A stretch of DNA of 64,000 bases from NCBI RefSeq assembly GCF_006345805.1, contig NC_043005.1, forward strand, positions 10,230,001-10,294,000. Reading direction: 5' to 3'. This DNA is from Octopus sinensis. Taxonomy: Eukaryota. A program made the position numbers and the translations under genes. A model generated the notes under the pieces. The model did not search any database, was not told where the DNA came from, and was given only the letters and a program-made list of their open reading frames with translations. Positions within the stretch are counted from its first letter, which is position 1. The number at the start of each line of letters is the position of its first letter. Positions 51,992 to 64,000 of the stretch are shown piece after piece.

Positions 51992-52804
51992 TTGTCCTTC
52001 TAAATACTGAAAATTGTTACCAGTAATAACTCAGAGTTAATCAACCAACTGTTGTATTATTTGTCAACAACATTTTTCTGAAATGATTTTTTTCATTATG
52101 TTTTCTTCTTTTTATTTCCTGAAGAAAAAGACAAAAATTTCCTTTTAAGCTTTAAACACATCCCTTTGAGAAGAAATATTTGTGATGTATGTATCAACTC
52201 AATCTCTGGGTTTTTTTTTCTCTTGGCAGGTTTAATTAACATCATAGTATTTTTGACAATGTTATTTTATAAAAATTTCTCTCATATCTTTTAAGACTCG
52301 TACATAAATCAGTCCCTTATGAGTAAACCGAAATTCTTTCATCTTCAATTTTTTCAGTTCCTCATCTATTTCAACTTCACTATTTTTCTTTCTCCTATAT
52401 TTTCTGTTTCATCAAAGGAACTATTCTTTTCAAGTGTTTCACTGTCTATTTATATTTTCCTTCAGAAGGGAGCTTTTTTTTTTCAATAGAAGTTTTTTTT
52501 TTTTTCCGAAAGCCTTGGTGTAAAGAGCCAAGCAACACATCATAGATTTCAGAATTACAAGAAATTAAAAATTCCTAGAACTCTTACATTATAAAACAGA
52601 TTTATAGCAGGTAAAATCTTGGAAATTTGTTCTACTTACTTCAAATATCATTATAAAAAAACCTTTAATGTGTATGTTCTAGTACTATTAAAATCTAATA
52701 ACAATTTACTGTTTTTGTATTTTATTTTAATGACGCGCATCAAGAATATTTGACATACGTCAAGAATGAACCAAACCTGTGCTCCTATGCGTTTGGATTT
52801 TACA

Positions 52805-53203
52805 TCTTTATATATAAAAGTGAGGTTGTGTGCTGTCTGTCTCCTACGATTTAGATTCTTAACTACTCCCACATTTTGCGGTGCAGTTTAACCAAAACCG
52901 GGTATCTTATAGTCGTGATTCATATCGAGCACTTCTGGGTATTAGCGCGCGTCTACGATGAGTTTACGATTAAAAAAAAATTTACCATCAATTTTTCCCA
53001 TTTTTTAATGCATTTTTGGCATATATAAGGGAAGTAACTCTCTAAAAATGTATTATTAAGTCTCAGAACATAAAAAGCTACAGTAACACACCCCACCCTT
53101 TGTGGTTAGCCATATTGAGATGGCTATTATACTTTACATCTCTAAAAATGCTTATATAGTTATTTCCCTTACAAACCCGAGCAACGCCGGGCGATACTGC
53201 TAG
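52805..53203 (+). mobile_element. Non-autonomous Helitron
   Basis: A|TC...cccgagcaacgccggg...CTAG|T. Same termini as 28318-28715. Confidence 0.85.
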
Positions 53204-53544
53204 TGTCATATAAGACTTGAACAGCTTCAATCAATTGACGGTATCCAGGCAATTAGATAAAATTCCATGTAGGAGCTACGCATGTGATCAGTTTACTGCT
53301 TATGAAGCGCAAAAACACACCGAAATCACTAGATACAGTTGTTACACTATTTCTGCTACTGATATTTCTGTGTTTATATCCACATGACGTCTAACCGGGA
53401 GGCGTTCTGAAGACGAATTCTGTAGTTTTACGGCTTTCTCAAAATACATCCTCATTAAATAGGGTACATACACACACACACACACACATACATACATACA
53501 TACATGTATGTATGTATGTATATACATTTATTACATATACATAG

Positions 53545-53857
53545 CTGAGACCCCCTTCGGTCACGACATAGACCATGGGATTGCACCAAGAAAGTCCGGG
53601 CAAGGTTGTTTTTTATGGAAGACCAGCAGTCGCCCATGCATGCCGGCCTTACCTCTCCACGCCACTAGTATCATCGAAAGCCGATACAGCTTGGCACCTG
53701 TGACGTCGCAACTCATTTCTACAGCTGAGTGAACTGGAGCAACGGGAAAATAAAGTGTCTTTCCCAAGAACACATCACACAGCCCGGTCCGGGATTCGAG
53801 CTCGCAACCTCACAATCGTAAGCTCGACGCTCTAACCACTGAGTCATGCGCCTTCAC
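53545..53857 (-). mobile_element. SINE family D, full length
   Basis: tRNA-like head at the right end; homologous to 36138-36400. Confidence 0.8.
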
Positions 53858-54069
53858 AAATATAGGTACAGCTCATTTTTGCTAGTTGAATGGATTGGGT
53901 GGACGTAAAAGAAAGTGTCTAGCGTTATAAGAAAGTAAATTTGGGAACAAGAAGTTTTGCAAGGATCTTGATTACAAAATTACTGAGTCCCTTGTCATTT
54001 ATTCAATTTCTATATCGCTGTCTGTCTGTCCTTTCTCTACATTTACATATATTACTTACATATATATAC

Positions 54070-54143
<74 letters not shown>

Positions 54144-54349
54144 CAGACAGACAGACAAACAGACAGACAAACAGACAGACAGAGATAAAGAAATTGAAGA
54201 ATTGACAAGGGATCCAGTAATTTTGTAATCAAGTTCCTTGCAAAACTTCTTGTTCCCATGCCATTAATTTACTTTCTGATAACGCTAGACACTTTCTTTC
54301 ACGTCCATCCAATCCATTCAACTAGCAAAAATGTGATGTACTTATATTT
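53858..54349. repeat. Imperfect inverted repeat, ~175-bp arms, microsatellite spacer
   Basis: 53858-54030 is the reverse complement of 54170-54349 (e.g. tgggaacaagaagttttgcaagga / tccttgcaaaacttcttgttccca). Confidence 0.85.
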
Positions 54350-54526
54350 CAAAGGGTCGGGCCTTGGCACATTCTGTGTCATGCAGAATCTTCCTGAGGA
54401 CTACGTTAAGGGTACGCGTGTTTGTGGACTGCTCAGCCATTTGCACGTTAATTTCTCGAACAGGCTGTTCCGATGATCGATCGGATCAACTGGAATGCTT
54501 GTCGTCGTAACCGACGGAGTGCCACG
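54285..54526 (+). mobile_element. Old SINE with D-type body and C-type tail
   Basis: 54345-54524 is the reverse complement of 16170-16345. 54285-54340 is homologous to the family D body. Confidence 0.65.
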
Positions 54527-55502
54527 ATATATATATATGTATGTGTGTGTGTGTGGTAGTGATACGTGTGTGTATACAAACACGCACGCACACACAGAGT
54601 TTTGCACTGTAAGAATTCCGCTAAAAGTGGAATACTCAGTCATCTACAGCCTCATTCAAGAAGCAGGTAGTCAAATTTGTCGTCGTCAAAACCGGAAAAG
54701 ATCTACAGGTTTCAGTCACGCGACGGCAGTGAAGCTAAAGTTCCTCTTTCAATGCTGCAGTCAGTCGAGTCTAGCATTTCTTTTTAAATCTGCTACGGAT
54801 TTCTTTCCCAATCTCTCTTTGTCGTACCGTTCTATTATGAGACATAAGGTCTCACCCAAGGGTGAGAAGAACGGCAAAACGTGCCTTGCGGCTGGGATGA
54901 TATTCGTCTTCCCCGCCGTGATATATTGTATTTTCAACACCAGATATATATCTATGGAGAGATTATCTCTCAGGAGGGAAGAAAAACAAAAACAAAAGCG
55001 TTGTGTCTGTCAATGATACACATCCGTTAAGCATGATACGCAGATGGCGTTAATAATTTAATATGTTCCAATTGCCCACATCAATTAGGTGTATGTGTGT
55101 GTGTACACGCGCGAGCGCGTATGTGGTGTATGTGTTGTGTATATATATATATATATATATATATGAGCAAAAACATTCGAGTGTTTTTGCTCATAAATAT
55201 TTTGCTGGTTTTTGGGCACAAAACAAGCCAGAGCGCTGATGGATTTATAACGTGGCGAACTTGAAATTTTTTGCGCAGTAACTCATACTAAGGAAGGTTA
55301 AGGCCCTCGGGCAACACCCCAAACCATGGTATATGAGTATCTGAATGGCATAATCTTAATAGGTATACTTTTTAATTCCTTGTCCGTTTCCACGCATAAT
55401 GTAATTTTCTATTATTTTGGTGCATTGAATTGAGACTTTAGCTCTCATTTCTATATAGGTTGATAAGTTGATGCTCACTACATCCTCAAGGCTTCGTGCT
55501 AA

Positions 55503-55540
<38 letters not shown>

Positions 55541-55604
55541 TAAGGATTTGTAGGTACGTGGTATTTTGTTATGCAGCCATAATATACTATAAACCATATT
55601 AAAT

Positions 55605-55704
55605 NNNNNNNNNNNNNNNNNNNNNNNNNNNNNNNNNNNNNNNNNNNNNNNNNNNNNNNNNNNNNNNNNNNNNNNNNNNNNNNNNNNNNNNNNNNNNNNN
55701 NNNN
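55605..55704. other. Assembly gap (100 N)
   Basis: Run of N. Confidence 1.
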
Positions 55705-56212
55705 GTGTGTGTGTATAGACTCAACTCTACATGCATACATACATACATGCATACAAACATACGTATAACCTTTAAAGAATTGATAACTGCATTGTGGTGC
55801 TATTGTTTATGTGGTATCTGATGGTAGTGGTTGTAAGGAGGCTGTCAGTGGCGGTAGTAGTTGTATCAATGGTAGTGGTGACGGTGGCAGTAGACGGATA
55901 TCAGCAGTGGTGGTTGCAGTGGTAGACGTAGTGGTTTTACTGGGAGTGACGGTGGTAGTTGTTTGGTTGTAATTGTGGTGGTAGGCTATTGGTACTTGGA
56001 GTGGTAATGGAAGTGGTAGTGGTAGGTGTAATAGTAGCAGTAATGGTAGTAGCAGTGTTGATAGTGATGGTCGTGGTGGTGGTGATAGTAGTAGCAGTAG
56101 CAGTATTGATGATTTTAAAATAAGAATAATAATTAGAAATAATTAATTGCAATAATAATTGATGGTGAAGGGGGATGGACAACGAGGAAAAACGAAGGTA
56201 GTGGTACTGATT

Positions 56213-56285
<73 letters not shown>

Positions 56286-56997
56286 GTAAAAATAATTATT
56301 ATAATGATGATTAGGCACGGACGAATTACTTTTGCTTTGATGAAAGTAAATTAAAACGGGGGTTTATTTTTTTATTGTTCCTGAAAATACGTTTTTTTTA
56401 TAAATTTTTTTTGTAAGTATATATATATATGTGTGTGTGTGTGTATATATATGTAATATATTTATGAATATGTATGTAACAAAAATAAGGCCATTTTGAT
56501 GGCAGTTGCCATTAAGGAGTAAAAATTTGTTGGACTCAACTGCTTAAGTTTATATGAATATTTGATATAAATTGATCTTGGTATCATATTTATCTGATGC
56601 TAGTTCCCTATTAACTAGCCTCCCTTACTTTCATCCACTGATCCTCCACCTTTCTACTTGATCCTTTCTACTTATGAGCTGATCCTCAATTCTTATTATG
56701 TGATCTTACCTAGGTTCTTATCTTGATCTCAGTTCTTGAAAAGTCTGCTCCTTCTTACATTAATAACCAATTTCTAGTTCCTGATTAGCTGATACAACTT
56801 ATTAGCTAATCTTATCTATTAACATATGAATATATCAACTCCAGTTCTCTTCTCAATATTGTGGAAGTACCTGTTCAGTGAAATATAATGATGTATTTAG
56901 CAAAGACTTGCATCAGACCAATTAGAATTTTTAGCATCATTTGCGAAACGTATCATGTAGAAGCACAAGTTATATTTTTTAAAACGAAATTCCAAGT

Positions 56998-57052
<55 letters not shown>

Positions 57053-57488
57053 GTGCAAGTATATGTGTATACATGTGTGTATTTATATGAATATGTATGT
57101 ATGTATGTATGAATGTATGTATGTATGTATGTATGTATGTATGTGTGTATGTATGTATGAATGTATGTATGTGTGTATGTACGTATGTATGTATGTAGTT
57201 GTGTATGTATGTATGTGTGTGTATGTATGTGTTGTGGAATGTATGTATGTTGTAGTATGTATAGTATGTATGTATGTATGTATGTATGTATGCTTGTCTG
57301 TCTGTCTATTTAGCTGTGTGTATGTATGTATAGTGACTCTGGGTTGTTTTGGTTTCCGCTGTTTTTTCAAAAAATAACATATATATAAGTATAAATTATA
57401 AAGATACTTTATTTTATGTTATTAAAGAGCTTTTAGCGAGCCATTGGCTTTATTCAAAATTATTTAACATAACCGTAATTTATGTCTT

Positions 57489-57520
<32 letters not shown>

Positions 57521-58828
57521 ACTGGAATATCTTATAAGACTCTTCTAAGTCCATCCCTTTTGGAATGTTTTTATTTTTTCTTGGAATGAATCACACAATG
57601 TCTTAAAAGTATTTTATTATAGTAATTGTTGTTGTGAAAAATGAATTGTTGTTGTAAAACAGTTTCGGTATTAGGAATGATATTGCTTTTAGATTGGAGA
57701 AAGTTACCATCTTCTTTCGCTAGTTTTGTGCCGATAATGTATTCAGGTTAGCTCATCCACACAAATAAATACGCACGCACGCACGCGCATGCACACACAC
57801 ACACGCACGCACGCACGCGCATACGCACGCTGGCACACGCATACGCACGCAACGCACACACACGCGCATACACAAACTGACACTGACGTGCATAATTTTA
57901 TCCACTGTAGATGAGAGAGAGGGGGGAAGAAAGAGAGAAAGAGAGAGAGAGAGAGAGACGAAAACAGGGGAAGTGAATGCGCGCGCGCGCGCGTGTCAGA
58001 AAGAAAGAAAGAAAGAGAGAGAGACAAAAACAGGGGAAGTGAATGCGTGCGCGCGCGCGTGTCAGAAAGAAAGAAAGAAAGATAAGCATGACAACAGGAA
58101 GAAGGAGGTGAACGGAACGAAGGAAGAATGTGTGTATGCATGTATTTCTGTGTGTGTGTGTGTATGTGTGTGAGACAGAGAGAGAGAGAGAGAGGGAGGG
58201 AAAGGGAGAGCTGAAAAGAGAGAGCGAGAGCGAGATAAAGATCGCGTGCGTGTGTGGTATAATATCTACAGAGGGTGACTTGATCAGCAGAGCGCACACA
58301 CAAACACAGTGTTAATGATATGAATGACAAGTTGTGCTGGCAAATCTCTTCCTAGTTTATTGGCAAATGACAAATCGGATTAAATCTATCTAACAGATTA
58401 CAATTATACAATTTACATCTTGATTTCGATGCAGTTTAAATTAATCTCATCAATAAAAAATAATAATGAAAGTTATTTCCTAAAAATATCAAATTATATT
58501 TTTATATTTCAATTTATTTTTTTTTTCCTAAATTGTTTTTTTTTTTATAACACGACTTCTAAATCAAATATTTTGAAAGTAAATTACATTTCTAGTATGT
58601 GCATAAAAGTTTAACAATCCATGAAAATAACACTGATTAAAGTTTAATTTAAATTGAGATATTTCACCTGAAGACTATTTTCTTTATACACACATATACG
58701 CGCGTGTGAATGTATACCATACAGGTGTATGTGTATGTATGCATATACATATATATCTATATATATCATCATCATCATCATCATCGTTTAACGTCCGTGA
58801 TGATATATATAGATATATGTATATATGA

Positions 58829-58866
<38 letters not shown>

Positions 58867-58889
58867 TATATATACTCATATATAACTTC

Positions 58890-59330
58890 AGCAGATTTAT
58901 AAGTACGTTTCCTTTGATCGTAAAAGGATATTTATCTCCAAAACGGTTTATCCGACTGGCAAGTGAAATGTTAATGTGCCTTGCAGTTATGGGAAGTATG
59001 AATATAAAAATCAGCCGCAAATAATTATGAGGAGACTATAAATACCATTTGAAATTAGAGTATCTGTAAGAGATGGGTCGATCCAACCAATGGAAAATAA
59101 CAATTGCCCAAGATGCAACTCAATGGGAATGAACTTCTGGTTGTGAAGAGAACTTTTAAATATTCAGCCATACTCTGTCTATATCCATCTATATCCCCAT
59201 TGCTATTGCTATGATGGTATACAGCCACTTCTGTGAAAGTCATTGACACCACACCTATGAGGATAGACAAAGGCATGTTCCAGAAAATAACAGCACTAAA
59301 GGATATTGTTAGGGCATTCCTTGCCACATC
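58890..59330 (-). mobile_element. Possible very degraded CR1/L2-like RT C-terminal fragment
   Basis: LKVLFTTRSSFPLSCILGNCYFPLVGSTHLLQILISN...LRSKETY loosely follows the post-YADD pattern. No intact catalytic motif. Confidence 0.3.
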
Positions 59331-59479
59331 TTTTAACCGACAACATTTTTATTCATATTTTCTTTGGGGTACTTTAATTATTTTTGGTATGGTAACTGTT
59401 GATTTTCTTATTAGAGCAAGGAAACTATTATTCTGTTAGATTCTCAAAATTGCTTTTGTTATCCATCCACTGCAACTCC

Positions 59480-60644
59480 TGATAAGGTGGAGTTTGAACT
59501 CAGAATGCACACAGGCAGAACAAATACTGCAAGGCATCTTTTCTGATACTCTAACAATTCTGTCAATCCATCACCCTGAATAGGTACTTTTTTTTATCAA
59601 CCCCCTCACAAAATATAAGAATAAAAGGCAAAGTTGACCTTGGCTGGCTTTGAACTCAGAACCCACAGTATCAGAACATATACCACAAGACATTCTGTGT
59701 AACAGTTTAATGACTTTGCCAGCCCACCACCTTATTTTTGATATAACAAAGGAAAATGTTGGTGTATTCTCAAACCATCCATAATAAATATAATTATTCT
59801 AGCATAAGGCCAAAAGTTTGTGGTGAGAGTGTTAAACAATAAAATCAACTCCAGTACTTCACTGTGAACCTCATTTTATCAACCTTGGCTTGATGAAAGG
59901 CAAAGTTGATTTCACTGTGATTTGAAGTTAGAAAATAAAGAGCTGTAACTGAGTTATGTTAATTCACCACCACCTTTTGAGAGCAGCTGTAGTGGATTTA
60001 ACTGACTCCAATTCTTAACTGGTGCATACATTATTGGCCCTGAAAAGATAAGCTAAGCTGACTCACAGCTTAATTTGAACTTGGAAATAAAAGGATATAT
60101 TGAATATCACAAGATCATTTATGCCACCTTGCAGTTTTCTTCCATCTATCATTATTCTGTCTGGTAATAACTGTTTCTGATACAGACACGTGACTTGCAA
60201 ATTGAAGGGAGAGTGCTAGTCAGTTATATCAACTCAGTATTGAAATGGTACTTTATTGTTTCAACCCTGAAAGGTTAAAGACAGGGTTAGTACAACGTAA
60301 AGAGCTGGAACAAATACTGCAAAACATTTATTCCAATGCTCTAATGATTCTGCCAGTTTCCTATTTCCATGATAATTATTTCTGAGACAGAGGCACGGGG
60401 GCCTGAAATTTGGAGGAGGGGAACAGTGGATTACTTCAACTCCAATATTTGACTGGTTACTATGTCATATGAGCTACATAGAAATTTTAAGTAAAGTTGA
60501 CCTTGGTGCGATTTGAACTCAAAAAAATAAATGGCTAAAGCTAAATTCTGCTAGGCATCTTGTCTGATGCTTTAACGATTCTGCCAAATATTAAGAATAA
60601 CGATTTATAATAATAGCAATTATAATCTTATAATAATAACAACA

Positions 60645-60690
<46 letters not shown>

Positions 60691-60947
60691 TTTCAAATTT
60701 TGCCACAAGGGCAGCAATTTTGGGGAAGGAGTGAGTTGATTGTATCAACCCCAGTATTCAACTGGTTCTGATTTTATTGACCCCAAAAGGATGAAAGGGA
60801 AAATTGACCTCGGTGGAATTTTAATAATAATGATTATGGTTTAAAATTTTGCCACAAGAGCAGCAATTTGGGGGAATCCAGTTTGTAACTGGTGATTATT
60901 TTATTGACTCTGAAACGATGAAAGGCAAAGTTGAACTCAGCGGACTT

Positions 60948-61009
<62 letters not shown>

Positions 61010-61260
61010 TATAATAATGGTATAGTATATTTCTCACATAATGTTTTTACAAGACCCCTCACATTTGTAAGAGGGAAATAATAGATATAAACATTTATAT
61101 TGACATCAGTATTCTACTGGTACTAAATTTATTGTACATGTACTTAATTTATTGAACCTAAGGAACAATGAAAGTTGAAAAAAGAAAAAAAAAAACTACT
61201 TCAGCTTTGAATGCATAATATGTAGAGATGCATGTAAATACTGAAAGGTTTTTAATCTGG
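59480..61260 (-). mobile_element. Cluster of about 8-9 old SINE B copies in the same orientation
   Basis: Repeated decayed atgaaaggcaaagttgacc...tttgaactcag and ttctgcca motifs. Confidence 0.7.
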
Positions 61261-62530
61261 TGCTATACAGTGTATAAAGAATGTGAATACATATATATAC
61301 TGAGAGATTGTTTTAATTTTGTGTTCCACAATAGATAATGTTAGTGATATCATATGAAGTACTTTGTATAAATGTTCTCATGTTATGCATTATTCCGATG
61401 TTCTGTTATTGCTACTACAGTCATTTCATTAAGACACCAATTGGAGGTTACTGCCACTTACCTATTGATAACTTAATTACCATATGATTTACTCATACAC
61501 ACACACAGACACACACATATGAAACTAAATAGATTTTAACTTTACTTCCTGTAGTATTAGGTACTATATTGTAATAAGTGAAGGCCTTTTTCTTTTATAT
61601 ATATATGTATATATATACACATATATATATTCGGAGAGAGAAAGAGAAAGGAGGAGGGAGAAGGAGAGGCACTTGGGAAAAAGATTTTACATTGTTTCTG
61701 AGACAAGTTCACTCATTCAAGTTCATTTACATCAACTTTAGAGTTTTTAAAAATCATTTCTTAATTTAAACAATTTTAGCATTTAATATTGTTTCTTTGG
61801 CAAAGGCTAGTTTACGAATTATCACTATAGACATAAATGGAGGTGTATACAGAAGCAATATAAATATATTATAATAAATGAATAAATTTATTCTCATCCA
61901 TTTATCTAATCTTTAAAATTTTTGAATTAAAATGCTATATTAATAATAAGAAGAATTTTCAGTATTTTTCTTTTTCCACGTTTTGTTCTAAGACATTATA
62001 CTTTATTCTTATGTTGTCTAATTCTGTTTTTATTTAATGTTCCATAATCTTTTGGATTTTATTTTTACCAGATTAATATACACTTCACATCAATGATATT
62101 AATTATAATTATTGTTATGTCTTTCAAACATTTAAAAAAATTTTTTAAAAACACAAACCAAGACAGTGTTTTAAAGTTAATCATACTGACAATTAATATG
62201 TCAAAATTTTAAAAAATTTTGTTATTGTTTTTTTTTTATAGTCACATGATAATGAAGAAGAGGAGAAGGAGAGAGAGGACATTGGTGAAGATAATAGTTA
62301 TGATAATGCTATTGATGATGATGATTTTGAAGATGATGATGATAGTGGGGAGTAGTGGTGATGGGATTATAAAAACTTGGAAATGAGTTATAATTTCTTT
62401 AAACACTGCTTAATGATGATGGGGTGTGTGTGTGTATGTGTGTGTACATATTACCATTGAGTTTAGGGCTCAGTAACTGGTTCCACATCAAACTCCTCTG
62501 CATTTTATGTATGTATGTATGTATGTATAA

Positions 62531-62577
<47 letters not shown>

Positions 62578-63037
62578 TAATCCAAACAAGAAAACAAAAA
62601 CAAAAAAACAACAACGCAAGGATGTGGAACAAATAAAGTATTATTGAACGCTCAGGAAAGAAGGGAATATATATATATATATATATACATACATATGTAT
62701 GTATGGAGAGAGAGAGAGAGAGAGTGAATTAGGAATATTTCTAAATTTAAAATATATCATACTACCTAACATAAATCATATTTTTCATGCATTTTTCACA
62801 CCTGAAGAACATGAAAAAAGTGTGTGTGTGTGTATATATGTGTTTTTATATGTATGCTTGTGTAATTATATGTGCATGTAATTGAGAATGAAGTGCCGAT
62901 TCAGTTTTTGGCACTGGTTATATAAGAACGGTAAAGGGACATTGCTTTCTACCTTCTTTTATGCTTTATTAAATCCAAACCTTCTCTACAGATTGTCATA
63001 TGTAAAGAAAAAAACAACTAAAAGAAATATACATTAA

Positions 63038-63256
63038 CCCTTTAGTATTTAAACCAGCCATATCCGGCCAAAATAGTTAATCTGTTTTATGTTCAAACTG
63101 ACCAGATCCAGGCTATCATACCTACCCTACAATGTTATTCTACATTAAGTAATTACACCATCAAGATCTTGAAGATATGAGATAATGCATGATTAATTCA
63201 AATCAATGGGAATCAATAGGCATTATGTTTGATAGAATAATCTGAACACTAAAGGG
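63038..63256. mobile_element. piggyBac-type MITE
   Basis: TTAA-ccctttagtattta ... tgaacactaaaggg-cTAA. Confidence 0.75.
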
Positions 63257-63659
63257 CTAAAAGGGATGTTACTAAATATATTTAATTAAGATTTAAATTA
63301 GAAATAAGACTTAAGTATATTTTCTCCAAATATGTGTTCCAGCATGATAGCTAAAAAAATCCCGCAAGAATTCAGAGAAACCAATAAACAAACCAATAAA
63401 GGTTCTTCTCTATGGTTATTCAACATTATAACGATAGCAGTCAAATCTCCCTCAAACCACACTATTTATTACCTTAAGGAAAAAACAAAAAACTCATTCA
63501 ATAATATGATCTAGAGTACAATTATGTCCTGGAAAAATAAAATGTGATAGTCATGCCTCAGGTGCCATTAATTAGAGGCAACAATAATACACAAACACAC
63601 ACTTAATGTCTAAAATACTTATATCAATGCATATTTCTAACGATAATATCATCATTCTC

Positions 63660-63870
63660 ATTGTTCTTTACGTCCACAGTTTTATGTTTTATGGGTAGTT
63701 GGACAGAAATTTTTTAAAGCAGATTTTTATAGCCAGATGCCCTTCCTGTCACCAACCCTTATCAATTTCCTAGCACGGTAATATTTCCTTATAAGTAGAC
63801 ATATTTTCACAGAGTATTGGAAATGAATTACATTCATTCACACCAATCATGCAATGTCAAGAGGAGACAC
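63660..63870 (-). mobile_element. Degraded RTE-related SINE-like fragment
   Basis: Minus strand gggttggtgacaggaagggcatctggctataaaa resembles the RTE 5'-UTR motif. Confidence 0.4.
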
Positions 63871-64000
63871 AAATATACACTCACATACACACATACATTC
63901 ATATATGTGTGCGTGCATGTGTTTTTGTGTGTTGGGCTTCTTTCAATTTCTGTATATCAAATCCACTTACAAGGATGTATATCTTGTGTCTAAGATCTGA

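Noticed and set aside
54495-55016. 173-aa ORF in fairly unique sequence
   Set aside because: It starts in a SINE tail and microsatellite and has no recognisable domain. A UTR or regulatory role cannot be excluded.

Overview
AT-rich, repeat-dense eukaryotic DNA. The SINE families and very high microsatellite load point to an octopus (coleoid cephalopod) genome; this is an inference from pattern recognition. I found no convincing host protein-coding exon, and nearly all listed ORFs are microsatellite or SINE read-through. Recognisable content: (i) at least four tRNA-derived SINE families in many copies; (ii) a near full-length R4/Dong-clade LINE (RT + CCHC + restriction-like endonuclease) inside a (TAA)n tract that itself lies in a Penelope-like (GIY-YIG) element, plus further Dong remnants; (iii) L1/Tx1, CR1 and RTE fragments; (iv) two mariner relics, two non-autonomous Helitrons and several MITEs; (v) a 100-N gap. 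The most notable signal is a set of non-coding inverted-repeat elements carrying minimal hammerhead ribozyme motifs, including a 4.2-kb foldback (24078-28295) with a hammerhead near each end and two ~400-bp versions of the same element. There is also an apparent switch to CpG-decayed repeats after ~59 kb. Boundaries were read by eye and are approximate unless TIRs or TSDs are quoted.
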